A stretch of 64,000 bases of DNA from the human T2T-CHM13v2.0 reference genome, Homo sapiens (GCA_009914755.4 CP068257.2:12864001-12928000); one strand, 5' to 3'; shown: positions 45,545-58,160, numbered from the stretch's first letter. A program made the numbers and translations. The notes: generated by a model not told the origin, from the sequence alone.

Positions 45545-45780
45545 GTAATGGTTATGAGGGTAGACTTTAACCACACTGCCTAGGTTCAAATCCTGACTCT
45601 GTCATTTACCTGGGTGCCCTTGACAAGTTATTTAGCCTTTCCATAAAGTGCACATGACAGTAATGCTTGAAAGATATTGCTATGAGAATGAAAAGAGACA
45701 CTATTATGGTGTTGTTGGAAAAGTGCCTGGTACATAATAAACACTAGATAGTAACAAGCAAATACTTGGAATATATTCCA
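45545..45780 (+). mobile_element. MIR SINE (near full length)
   Basis: 'ggttcaaatcctgactctgtcatttacctgggtgcccttgacaagttatttagcctttccataaagtgcacatgacagtaatgcttgaaagatattgctatgagaatgaaaagagacactattatggtgttgttggaaaagtgcctggtacataataaacactagatagtaacaa' matches MIR 'ggttcgaatcctggctctgccacttactagctgtgtgaccttgggcaagttacttaacctctctgagcctcagtttcctcatctgtaaaatgggg...gcacagtgcctggcacatagtaagcgctcaataaatgttagctat'. Confidence 0.75.
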
Positions 45781-46027
45781 TTATCTTTCTGAAGTTATTA
45801 ATTATCATTTTTACAATTTTCCTTCTATTCCCTTCATTATCTTGTTTTATTCTGACTTCTTCTGTTTGCTTTGATTTCAGTCTTTCATATTTAAGCTGTT
45901 GTCATATGTCTGGAGATTGTGCTCTCTGGATACATTACTAAAGATCATGGTATGAAAAAACCCGACTGGAAGTTCTATGTAAATGGGTGGGCTTGTCAGG
46001 TGATCAAGTAGCAGTTAAGTCTTTTGT

Positions 46028-46333
46028 TTTCTTTTTCTTTTTTTTTTTTTTTTTGAGACAAAGTCTTCCTCTGCCACCCAGGCTAGAATGCAGTGGCACA
46101 ATCATGGCTCACTACAGCTTTAAACTCCCAGGCTCAAGCAATCCTCTCACCTCAGTCTCCTAACTAGCTGGGATTACAGACATGCACCATAATGTCTGGT
46201 TTATTTTCTATTTCTTGTAGAGATGGGTTCTCACTGTCTTCCCAGGCTGGTCTTGAACTCCTGGACTCAAGAAATTCTCCTGCTTGGCCTCCCAAAGTGC
46301 TGGGATTACAAGCATGAATCACCACACCTACCC
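46028..46333 (-). mobile_element. Alu SINE (AluJ-like, minus orientation)
   Basis: Poly-T then 'gagacaaagtcttcctctgccacccaggctagaatgcagtggcacaatcatggctcactacagc...ggcctcccaaagtgctgggattacaagcatgaatcaccacacctacc'. Confidence 0.9.
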
Positions 46334-48544
46334 CAAGGAAACTTTTTCATCAGAAGACCCTCAAATGACAGTTTCTGGAGTTCTTTTCTTTGAGACTATT
46401 CAGGTCTGCAGATACTAACCTTTCCATGCCCTGCTGGGCTGTGGAGAAAAGAAAGTAGTTTCCTTGCTGCCTTCAAAGGCTGAGCCTCTCAGGGCCTCTG
46501 TGATGCACACTGACTCATTTCATTGCAGCCTCCTTGTCTACAACTTCTGAGATTGCAACGTGCTCCAACTCTCCATTCACCTTTTATTATCCAAAACATT
46601 AGTTGACATCCTTTCTATCCTTCTCCCAAATCTCTTTGTCTCTTTAGGTTTGCATCTTCTTGGTAAGTGTATGTAGCTATTTAAACAAAATCTAGTTTTG
46701 CCAACTATATTCCTTCACATTTTTATTAACTCCAAGTCTCTTCCTTCACCCTGCCTTTTAAAACATTTGGACATATTTATCTTATTTGCTCAGCTCCTAA
46801 CTATATGAAACATATAGCAGGTATTGATTCCTGTCAATACCACCCCTACCTTACAGTTTTCAGATTGGCATAGGGACATGGCAGAATGACACAGTAGGAA
46901 GAAAGCAACACACACAGATGAAGCCTTTCCATTGAAGCCCATTCTTACATGTAAGTGATTGTGCTCTCTCCACATTTTCATATTCTTCTCACAAGCACAA
47001 AAATACAGTATTCTGTGGAAGAGTTTGCCTTTTCATTCTTTATAAACAGGATAAAACAGTCGAAGCTCAAGTTTTTATTAAAAATCTTCAAAATAACTTT
47101 TAAACTTAGAATATTATTCAGTACCACTGAATCGTGCCTCATTTGGCAGAAAGGCAATTCTGTCCATATTACAATACTGACAGAACAAATTGATCTAAAT
47201 TTTGCACAGAAGTGCTTTGTTATAAATTTTGTTATTAACTTTTATCTGAACATAGTACACCTCGTGTATAATATTAAAATTGCCTGCTTAATTCATACTT
47301 TATTCCCCAGAAGCAAAGAGGAAAGTAGATTGTACTGATCAATAGACCATGATTTCCTGTCTCTACCTACTGAAGAAAAATGCAATCAGTAGAATTTCAT
47401 GGAAGAGATATATATGAGCTTCCTTTCCTCAGAAACGCTATTCTTAAACAGGAAGAACAAGATCATTTCTATTTCCTTTCTATTTTCACTCATCAGAAAA
47501 ATTTATAGCAGATTCAAGAGTGACCAGATTATTTTTCAGGCCTGATCATTTGAAACTACATCAAAGTTGTAAAGCTATAGGAGAGGGTAAGTGTATTGTC
47601 TACTTCTTAAAACAATCAAAAGCCTCATATGATCTTCATGCCATCATCTTTGAGAACAATATAATTATAAGATGAAATACTCCAATTGCATGTCAGTTTA
47701 ATTACAAATAAATAGAAAATAATTACGGTGGATGTTTTTAATGAAAAAATGTGTATCACAGCTAAATCAAATTTCCTATGTATATTACATAAATCTGCAT
47801 ATATACTTAGGTATATATGTATGTGTATATGCATGCGTGTGTTCATACACATACACATATTAGGCTGTTCCAATTAAATGGAATTCCACCTTTTCTTTTT
47901 AACATAAAGGGTAATAAAAGAGCTTCTTAGGAGACTGAGTATATTGTAAATAGATGCACATTGCCTTCTCCCACCCAACACACACAAAGTGAGGTTTATA
48001 CATGAAGTGCAAAGCCACAGTGAGGCATGCTGCCTCGGAAGCCTACCTGCATTCTAACTGAAAGCATCTGCATGTGTTATTTGTGGGAAGAGGAAACAAA
48101 AATCAAGTGATCATTGACAGGATTTTAGAAACATGTTACCTGCAACTCAATTCTATTTTTTCTCAAATAAGAAAACTTTTCCATAACATTTGCAGCCATG
48201 TTTATGAGAAATGAAAGAAAGATCTGGTTTTGTCAACTGAATATACAATAAACCGAATATCCAAGTTAACATCTGTGCCCAGCAACACCCTCTCCAACCA
48301 AAATAATAATAATAACTGATTAACTACAAACCAATATCTGGTTGGAGAGAAATCAGATTTCTTGTTATGTTTCCAAGAGCATGTAATTCTGACCTCCTGG
48401 AGTGGCCCCTGCAAGCAGTGAAACACTCAGACTGTTTTCTGCTGAGCAGGCCTGGCAGAAGGGTCTGCTTTTCCTCGTTCTACCCATCCACGGAGAACCT
48501 GTGGTGTGAAGAGAGCATGTGGACTTTGGAGGAGTGATGTAGAG

Positions 48545-48720
48545 TTGAGTTCAGACAAGCTACATGAACTTGAGCCTGACACCTGTCCTCTCCAAGTCTC
48601 AAATTTCCTCATTAATTAAAAGGAGAAAATAACATTTCCTCATGAGATTATTGTTGGGATTAAATTGTGCAAAATGTATAAAATTCCTGACACAGAGACA
48701 GTCTTAACAAATACTAATTT
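48545..48720 (+). mobile_element. MIR SINE fragment (core to 3' end)
   Basis: 'gagcctgacacctgtcctctccaagtctcaaatttcctcattaattaaaaggagaaaataacatttcctcatgagattattgttgggattaaattgtgcaaaatgtataaaattcctgacacagagacagtcttaacaaatactaatttcat' matches MIR 'gagcctcagtttcctcatctgtaaaatggggataataatacctacctcatagggttgttgtgaggattaaatgagataatgcatgtaaagcgcttagcacagtgcctggcacatagtaagcgctcaataaatgttagctat'. Confidence 0.6.
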
Positions 48721-49734
48721 CATCCTCTCTCCTTCAGGGACAAAGGTAGAAAGCCTGAGATTCCTAGGAATTCACGCCCCATACTTCTTCTAGGACGTGG
48801 TCATAGTGTGATCCAGGTTCCTGGGAACATGTTCAACCCCTGTTTTCAAAGCCTGTACACACATCATTGCTCTTTTTACCTGGTGTTTTCTTGCTGTCAC
48901 ATGCTCTAATGATATTTGAATATGCTATTTATCCCCAGCTACCAGTTAAGGGAAATTTCTACGGGGAATTCACTTCTGCTTTCACTTAGATTTAGCATTT
49001 AGCTGTGGATTTGCAAATGCACTTGACACAAACTCCACACTCTTTTCCATCACCAGGAAGGCTGGAACGTCTCTGGTCTTTGCCTATCTATGCCATTCTC
49101 CTCCTTTCTTTCTCTGATCTGGTCACGCTGATCTCTCTGCACTTGGACTACCAGTCAGTTCTTACCTGTCCTGGGATTTTGCTCAAGCTCTTCCATCTGC
49201 GGGAAGTGCTTTTCCCTTTACTTTTGACATGGGTGGCTCCTTGTCATCAAAGCCTGCTTTCCTTCAGGCCACCTGTCCGTGGAGGTCCTGTGGTGTGATG
49301 AGAGCATGTGGACTTTGGAGGAGTGATGGCATAAGCCTTCATGTCACCTCCACAAAGGGCTTTCTCCAATCAAACACATATAGGTGCTTGATTGTTTTTA
49401 CTGTTTTGATGATTTGTTGTGTTGTTGGTTTATTTTGGTTACTGGAAGGCAGAAATTAGGCCTATCGCTAGCACTAGCATAGAACCTGGCAGACAGGGGC
49501 TCAGGAAATGGTTGTTGAATAAACGAATCGTCTCAACTGTATAGGTGTGCACGTTTTAGGCCACCTCCTTGGATTGACAAGTAACAGGATTAAAATTGCA
49601 GAATCCGTACCCCTCAAAACTCAAAAGGATTATGGCAGGTAGAACAAATGTTGAATTAGACAACATGAGAAAAAAATCCAGCAAAAATTTGGAAACACGC
49701 ATGCTACGAACTATTTAAAAAAAAAACACTTTCA

Positions 49735-50062
49735 GCTGGGCGCAGTGGCTCACGCCTGTAATCCAATCACTTTGGGAGGCTGAGGCAGGTAGATCCACAT
49801 GAGCTCAGGAGTTCCAGAGCAGCCTGGGCAACATGGGGAAACACCATCTTTACTAAAAATACAAAAAAATTAGCCGGGCGTGGTGATGCATGCCTGTAGT
49901 CCCAGCTACTCGGGAGGCTGAAGCAGGAGAATTGTCTCAACCCAAGAGATGGAGGTTGCAGTGAGCCGACATCGCATCACTGCATGCCAGCCTGGGTGAC
50001 AGAGTGAGACTCCATCTCAATTAAAACAAAAACAAAAACAACAACAACAACAACAACCAAAA
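49735..50062 (+). mobile_element. Alu SINE (AluS-like) whose tail has become a (CAA/AAC)n microsatellite
   Basis: 'gctgggcgcagtggctcacgcctgtaatccaatcactttgggaggctgaggcaggtagatccacatgagctcaggagttccagagcagcctgggcaacatgg...gagactccatctcaattaaaacaaaaacaaaaacaacaacaacaacaacaaccaaaac'. Confidence 0.92.
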
Positions 50063-50849
50063 CTTTCTCCTGTATGGAGAAATTCATAAGATATGTCAAA
50101 ATACCTTCCTAATGATGATAATGATCTATTATTGATCTTTATAACATTCTGTCCCATGGCTTCAACATCTTTTAAGATAAATTATTTTATTCTAACAGCT
50201 TTCCTGTGAAGTACTTATTCTGATTTTTACGCATATGAAAAACTATTTGAATTTCCTTTTCTACCGACTCAGCTCCTGATTCCAGGACTTCTAATTCTGA
50301 ACCCACGAGTTTTCCTGCAAAGCATTCATTGAAATGAAATATCTCCTCACCCATTGAAAGAAATTATGTCGGTCCCATCTCCACTAAAATCCTGGCCCTA
50401 TAATTCTCTGAATATTAGAGCTTGACTTGAATTTGCCAACTCCTGTTTGTGCAGATAGTGTGTTAGAAAAGTAACACTTCTCCTTTGAAAAAGAAAAGAA
50501 ACTTTCTTTACAAGATAATAAATATATAGGGGAAAAACATGGGCTTTTGTTTTTCTAGTTTATGGTGCAATCAGTATGTCATGTGGTTCATGCAAAGGCA
50601 GCTTCTTTATTTCAGACAGCAAAGGTCATCTCTTCTGACAACCAGTAGGTGAGCAGAATCCACTCAGTAGTATCACCTTACCAAGGCAGCAATGGGGAAA
50701 CTACAGAAGTTTGTTGCTGGTCTTTAAACCAGCACAGCTTTGATCACCACCTTGGAAAACCCTAATAAGCTTAAGAGTCTTTTCTATGACTGACTAATGT
50801 CTTGACTAGTGAAGGTCCCTTGGGAGAATCTGTCTCTTTCTGTCTCTCT

Positions 50850-51143
50850 TCTTTTTCCAGAGAGTGGGGCTCTCTCAGTCACCCAGGCTGGAATTCAATA
50901 GCATGATCATGGCTCACTGCAGCATTGAACTCATGGGCTCCAGAGATCCTTCTAGTCCTCCTGTATTGCTAGGACTACAGGTGTTGGCCACCATGCCTGT
51001 CTAATTTTTTTTTTTTCTTTTCTGCAGAGACAAGGTTATCCCTATGTTGCCCAGACTGGTCTTGAACTCCGGGCCTCAATTTATCCTCCCATTTCTGCTT
51101 CTCAAAGTGCTGGGATTACAGGTGTAAGCCACCAAGCCTGGCC
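50850..51143 (-). mobile_element. Alu SINE (AluJ-like, minus orientation)
   Basis: 'gagagtggggctctctcagtcacccaggctggaattcaatagcatgatcatggctcactgcagc...ctcaaagtgctgggattacaggtgtaagccaccaagcctggcc'. Confidence 0.9.
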
Positions 51144-51804
51144 TCAAAATCCCTCTTTTAGGCAGACAGAGATAAGAATGAATGGGATTTGAATTCCCCA
51201 CAGGCATAATATATTGTTTCTGGGCTCTTCCCAGCATTCTTGTTATGCTGCAAGATTTGGAAGGAGGTGGTCTCATCTTATTTGTTTAACAATTATTTAC
51301 CAAATATCTATTATGGGCCTGGGACTCTGTCAGGTGTCCAAAGACGGAAAGGTATGAACTGTGCCTTCCAAGACTTTACAGTTCAGTGGGAAGACAGGCA
51401 GATCAACAGAGAGTGAGAATCCAATGTAACATGTTCTGTATCAATCTGAGGTGTAATAAGCAGTGAAAGCATAGAGGGTAAATTGTTAATTTGCCTGGAG
51501 AAGTTAGGAAATGTTTTACTAAAAAGGTAATTCTTGAGAAAACATTTAGTGAAACAGGAATTTGTCAGGTGGACAAGAAAAATGGGGGGCATATTCTAGC
51601 AATGGGCAGAGTATATGATATTAGAGGCATGAAATTGTTTGGTACTGAAACCATCTTTGCAAGATTATGGCAGCAAGAAATCTGACATAGCTGACTCCAT
51701 CTTGCTTCTGACCTCCAAGCTGTCCTTGATCATTCCTGAGTGTAGGCCAAGCTAACTTTAGGAAGAATTTAGTATATAGTTTAATCTTAGAGCAAAGATT
51801 AAAC

Positions 51805-52278
51805 TTCAAAACATGTCTCTTTCTTTGTTCAGGTAACATTATGCAGACAGGAGAGCTCTAATATAACATTTTGGACCAAACTGAGAGAGAAGAGGGGTGA
51901 TCTTTTCTGCATTCTGTTTGTCTGTTTCATAGACAAGAAAACTCTGAGGAAGTTTAGTAATCAACAAGCTTTAGAAATTTTGAAAACTGGAAGAAAGGTA
52001 TATCTCTCTATTTCCCATCTCTACTTCATGCTCCACATTTTAGTCAGTGCCTTTTATCTAACCACAAATCTAACTGTGTCCCTCTCTTGCTTCACAATGG
52101 TTCTTCAGTGGTTCCCCACCCCATGTAAATGTATACATGCTCACCTTACATTCAGCTCTACGCTATTGAGCATAGTATATTAGTTTTCCAAGGCTGCCAT
52201 AACGAAGTCATACAAACTGGGTGGCTTATAGCAGCAGATATTATTGTCTCAGTATTGGAGGCTAAAAGTCCAAAACTA
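51805..52278 (+). repeat. Left arm of a ~470-bp inverted duplication (unique-looking flank plus a MaLR LTR terminal fragment in reverse orientation at ~52170-52275)
   Basis: 51812-52275 is the reverse complement of 53319-53782 at roughly 95% identity. I counted about 12 mismatches in a 235-bp stretch by hand. The two arms also yield near-identical reverse-complement ORF translations in the six-frame track: 51980-52183(+) against 53228-53833(-), and 52129-52317(+) against 53244-53465(-). Confidence 0.85.
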
Positions 52279-52928
52279 AACCGTCTTTGCAAAACTAATG
52301 AAAGGCCACATTGTTAGGCTTTTATGAGAGGGTCTTGAACACTGATAAGATAGACACAGTTTCTACCATTCCTTACTGCTCAGGGGTCATGTAGCCAGAG
52401 GTTACAATATTTGTGACTTTCCTAATTTCTCCTGTAGATAACATCACTATTGTAGAATCTAAGATTGGTTTTTTGAGGTATCTTTCACGCTGCCCCACCC
52501 AGACTCATGACTCAACTGGTCATGTGGCCTCATCCAGAGGCAGACTCAGTGCCCGAGGACCATTTTCAACACCCTGTGATTTCATTCCCCAGCCAATCAG
52601 CAGCACCCATTCCCTAACTCCCTGCCCACAAAATTGTCCATAAAAACCACCTCCAAGCCTTTGGGGAGCCTGATTAGAGTGATAACTCTAGTTCTTCTGC
52701 ATGGGCTGGCCTCAATCAATTAAATTCTTCTCTACTGCAATGCCATAGTTTCAGTGGATTTATGCTGTTTGCGTAGTTGGCAGGAAAACCTGTTGGGCAA
52801 ATACAATATGGTCTAGAACTGAGGAATAATTCCCTACATCAAATGTGTATGATAAATAAGGAGAAAGACATGGGAGGGGGATGACAGGTGTTAGTTTACA
52901 GCCAGATTCTGAAGCATTTGGATGGCAT

Positions 52929-53420
52929 GTGTTATGGGTTGAACTATATGGCCAAAAAAGATATGTTGAATTCCTGACCCCCAGCACCTCAGAATGTGAC
53001 CCTCTTTGGAAATACGATTGTTGCCAATATAATTAGTTTAGTTAAGATGAGGTCATATGAAGCAGGGTGAACCCTTAATCCAATAAAACCAGTGTCCTTG
53101 AAAGAAGAGGGAAACTTGGACACCCACATGCACAAAGGGATGACCATATAAGAACAAACAGGGAGAGACTGGCCATGTGAAGATGGAGGCAGGAAGTGGA
53201 ATTATGCCACCATGAATCAAGGAATGCCTAATGCCCAGGGCTATCAGAAGCTGGAAGAAACAAGGAAGGAGTCTCTCCTAGAGGCTTTGAAAAGAGCATG
53301 GCCCTGCCAATACCTTGATTTTGGACTTTTAGCCTCCAGAACTGAGACAATAATATCTGTGGCTGTAAGCCACCCAGTTTGTATGACTTTGTTATGGCAG
53401 CCTTGGAAAACCAATATACT
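52929..53420 (+). mobile_element. MaLR solo LTR (MST/MLT1-like); its last ~100 bp form part of the right inverted-duplication arm
   Basis: 'tgttatgggttgaactatatggccaaaaaagatatgttgaattcctgacccccagcacctcagaatgtgaccctctttggaaatacgattgttgccaatataattagtttagttaagatgaggtcatatgaagcagggtgaacccttaatccaataaaaccagtgtccttgaaagaagaggg...ccatgtgaagatggaggc...ccctgccaataccttgattttggacttttagcctccagaactgagacaataatatctgtggctgtaagccacccagtttgtatgactttgttatggcagccttggaaaaccaatatac' parallels the MST consensus '...tgaagccctaaccccc...tttggagatgggg...gatgaggtcat...ggtgggccctaatccaatatgactggtgtccttataagaagagg...ccatgtgag...ccaaccctgccgacaccttgatcttggacttccagcctccagaactgtgagaaataaatttctgttgtttaagccacccagtctatggtattttgttatagcagcc'. 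Confidence 0.7.
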
Positions 53421-53790
53421 ATGCTCAATAGTGTAGAGCTGAATGTAAGGTGAGCATGTATACATTTACTTGGGGTGGGGAACAATTGAAGAACCATTGT
53501 GAAGCAAGAGAGGGACACAGTTAGATATGTGGTTAGATAAAAGGCACTGGCTGAAATGTGGAGCATGGAGTAGAGATGGGAAATAGAGAGATATACCTTT
53601 CTTCCAATTTTCAAAATTTCTAAAGCTTGTTGATCACTAAACTTCCTCGGTGTTTTCCTGTCTATGAAACAGACAAACAGAATGCAGAAAAGATCACCCC
53701 TCTTCTCTCTCAGTTTGGTCCAACATGTTATATTAGAGCTCTCCTGTCTGCATAATGTTACCTGAACAAAGAAAGAGACATGCTTTGAAA
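53319..53790 (-). repeat. Right arm of the ~470-bp inverted duplication (MaLR LTR 3' end plus ~360 bp of downstream unique-looking flank)
   Basis: See the left arm at 51805-52278. The spacer between the arms is about 1.04 kb (52279-53318). Confidence 0.85.
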
Positions 53791-53849
53791 TATAATCCTG
53801 CCAGGTCCCCTTATTTAGTGATGGGAATGTCATAGTGAAAAATGATAAT

Positions 53850-53910
53850 ACTAATACTATCTATACTATATATATTTATATATATGTATGTATATAATAC
53901 TATATAATAT
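53850..53910. repeat. TA-rich simple repeat
   Basis: 'ctatactatatatatttatatatatgtatgtatataatactatataatat'. Confidence 0.8.
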
Positions 53911-56189
53911 GGACTCTTAAAATGATTTTGATATTGATATTTTTATGATTAAAAAATTCAGTTGAAAACTCATCACCATGAAATGAATAAAGTAATATTC
54001 CAGTATCAAGCAATTTGACTTCCCAGAATTGTTTTTCTTGATCTTTATCCTAATTGGAAAAATGAATTCATATCCATATCTTGAACTATCTACTCCAATG
54101 CAAGCAAAAATCCTAAGAAGCATTCTCCAAGTAAGATCAATACTAAGGATACTGTAATACAGCTGTAATTTTCTGTTACGTATATTTCTTCCAATGTAAT
54201 GAACTGTTATGATAATTGGTAGCTTTAATGAAAGCAAATGACTTCTTTCTAATTTGGGTAGGTTGTATTCCAAGCTCTGATGTTCCTAAGTCTATGTACT
54301 CTTTAGCTGTTTCTAGTCTTGGATGGTTTAAATAGTTCTTATTATAAATGCAGAAAAATTGAGTATGTTTTCAGTATTTCCAACAACATAAATGCACATG
54401 CACAAACTTTACAAGTCATATATCTTTACTGAAATGACCAGATTCACTAGAGAGCAAGGAGACACTGCTAAAGCATTCTGATTCATATTCTGCAATGAGA
54501 CACAACATGTCTTTGCATATATGAGTAAATAATTTAACAACTGTAAGATATGTCCCAAAATATCTTTCATTTCATTTACTGGAATACCATAACTGACACT
54601 GATGCCAAAATATTAATTATATGACATAGCCAAAAATGTAAAGTATATGTTTCTAATTGAATTATATTGAAGGAGAAATTTAACATGACTTCACTTTGTT
54701 TTGAATGCAAATTACACAATGATATTATTAAATTAAGACTCTGTAAGTATGAAAAACTTTTGTGTACACAATTTAGTATTCAGTTGTCTTTGGTATTTTT
54801 ATGTAAAATCATAAAATTTATTTGGGAAAGTTAAGGCTCAGAGAAGAGCTGGAGAAGCTCAATTTAAGGGGAAAAAAATAAAGCTGAGAGCAGCACTGGG
54901 TCTAGAGCCCAAGTGTCTCTACTTGTGGTACAAATGTAGTGTAGTCTTACCATGTGAGTGAGCTTCTTCCCCAGTAACTAAGCCCTGGGTACAAAAACAA
55001 CAGTGGTTCCTATACTTCGTGATTCATACAAAGTTATATTTTAGAGAGATTAGTGGCCTTAAACAGAATTTCACAATAGTTTCTTACCCTGCAAATCAAA
55101 TGTTCTCCAAGGAAAGAACAGGTATAAAATACTTGGAAGGAGCTGTGAATGCCCCGTGTCAGCAATTGACATATGTGTCAGCATAAGTAGTGGTAGAATA
55201 ACCTAAGTAGGAAAAGACTTAACAAGAATATAGGTACAATTAAGAATGGTAGCAAAAGTGAACCAAAAATAGCTTGTATCTGCATGGGGTGGCCAAGTTG
55301 GGTATACACACCTACTGGCATTCATTCATTTTGTCATTCCTTTACCCCAACACCATTTTCGAGTTCCTACTATATGTCTAGCATTGGTAAATACATTCGT
55401 TTTTTAAAAGTCTGATTTGCTTACACTATCTGGATTTTTAAAATGAGTAATGTCTGGTTCTGAACCCATGCAATTGATTTCAAATCAGATAATCTAAGAG
55501 GACCTTAGATGCCTACATACTGACTTGAAGAAGGGTTTTATGGAGACGCCGATGGAGAATATGGATTATATGTTTTAAAGCCACCATTTCCCATACTCTT
55601 ATACTCAGTCTCATTCATTATTAAAGCCTAGAAGTAGATGAGAAGAAGGGAGATTTCTTGGAAGAGAAAAAATGAGCAAAATGAGCAAACATTTATTGAT
55701 AATCTGCTATAGATTACTGCATCTCACTAAATCCTCTTAACAACAGTATCAAGTGTTATTGTCTCCTGTGTTGCAAAGAGAAAACTGTGGTACAAAACAG
55801 CTAACTCACCTAAAGACAAAAAGCTAACAAGTAGTCAAGAGTTAAACCCAGGCCTGTCTGACACCACTGTACCACACAGCCAAACCTGTTATGCAGAATA
55901 AAACTCACAAGATAATTAGTGGAGAAAGATGATAAGCCAAAAGCAACTCCATGCATTTCTTTAGCAGTTGGCTGTACATCTAAAGCTTTATTTTATAGTC
56001 AAAGAAGATCGCCTCTTTATCCTATCCCTCCTTCTCTTCCTCTGGTTTCTTTCAATTCATTTTCCACTTTGTAATTCCTTTCCAAGTGCTCACTATGTTG
56101 TCACCTTCTCCTAAGACCCAAGGGAGTATTTTTAGGAGCAGTCAGAGGAAGAAACCGAAGGCTGGGGAGGATCACTCCAAATCCACTCA

Positions 56190-56627
<438 letters not shown>

Positions 56628-57869
56628 ATGTTTTGGTTTGTATACCTCACAGAAGGCCTCCAAGACGCAGGGAAAATATCTTCAATGACTCATCCTCTAT
56701 TGATAACACTAGCTTTTACACCAGGAGTCATGCTGAGAAGTTCAGAGACAGTGTTAAACTGCCACAACAAGTCAATGAACTCAACAAAATGCATTGCTTA
56801 CACATAAATCTACAATTGCCTTGCTGGTTTTGTGATGCAGCTTTCTGAAATATGTATTTGTTTCCTTTTAACATGGGTTCTTGGCCTCCATCTATATACC
56901 AAGCAGAGATCTAAGCACCAGCACATAAAATATCTCTTAGCATCCTAACAATAAGTCTGAGAGAAAGCTTTATTTTTCCCACCACACAGAAAGAGACTGT
57001 GGATCAGAGAGTAGTGTGACTGCGGATGTCATCGATTCCAAATTTAAACTCAGGATTCCTTCCTTTAAAGTCTAGTGGTCTTTCCATTATACCATGCTAC
57101 ATAAACTTCTCAACATCACAATGAATAAATACAATGCTAGCCACAATAAAAGTGCAAAAATGCTCTGAACATATGAGGAGTTTAATAAATATTTGGGGAT
57201 TGGTAGATTTGTATAATTTCAAAAGGCAAACCAACAAACCTTGTCTCCTTGCCAATGGGACGTATGTCTTGACAATGAAAATAACAGGAAGACATAATAA
57301 TTTATTCACTTCCAATTACCTATCTGCAGATGGACTTGCTAATTGGTTCTGTTTTCGTTATTAGTAAAGACATAATCTTACCTTTTTAACAATTTTCCCA
57401 GATACACAAAGGGCAAGCTGCTACTCTCATTGACAACTCATTGGCAGTAACCACATTTAAAGTCAGTTGTGTTTTAGTCAAAGGAGACTTTTCTCCACTT
57501 GCATCTGAATTGAAGTAATGCACAACAAATATAGCTATCAAATTTACTAATTGTGTTAAATAAGGATATCCAAGTGTTGCAAGACCATCAGAAAAAGCAC
57601 ACTACAAAAGCTAAGTAGTCAATTTCAAAAAGCCTTTTAACATAAGTATTTCAAAATCATTAATTTTGTTACCATTTAACACCAGTGATTTTCATTTCCC
57701 ACAATCTATTCTGACATTTAAAGGAAGATTTTTAAAGTATCTCTTGCATCATATAAGACTACCACCATATAATGCCACTTAAAAATTACTGCATTTTACA
57801 AAGGTAAAGGCAGGGGGAGGTTGGCCCATGAAAAAATCTAATAAAACCTTCCATATATATATATAAAAT

Positions 57870-58160
57870 TTTTTTTTTGAGACAGGGTCTCACTTTGTCG
57901 CCCAGGCTATAGTGCAGTGGTATGATTTTGGCTCACTACAACTTCTGCCTCCCGGGTTCAAGCTATTCTCTTGCCTCAGCCTCTCAAGTAGCTGGGGTTA
58001 CAGGTGTGCACCAACATGCCTTGCTAATTTTTGTATTTTTAGTACAGATGGGATTTCACCATGTTGGCCAGGCTCGTCTTGAACTCCTGATCTCAAGTGA
58101 TCTGCCCACCTCGGCTTCCCAAAGTGCTGGGATTACAGGGGTAAGCCACTGCTCCTGGCC
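57870..58160 (-). mobile_element. Alu SINE (minus orientation)
   Basis: 'ttttttttgagacagggtctcactttgtcgcccaggctatagtgcagtggtatgattttggctcactacaacttctgcctcccgggttcaagc...cttcccaaagtgctgggattacaggggtaagccactgctcctggcc'. Confidence 0.92.

Noticed and set aside
53228-53833. 201-aa minus-strand ORF, the longest non-L1 ORF in the window
   Set aside because: It lies across the right arm of the inverted duplication and into the MaLR LTR, and its reverse-complement twin appears in pieces on the plus strand at 51980-52317. Its composition is low-complexity, there is no recognisable domain, and it sits in LTR-derived sequence. This is an accidental open frame in duplicated non-coding DNA.
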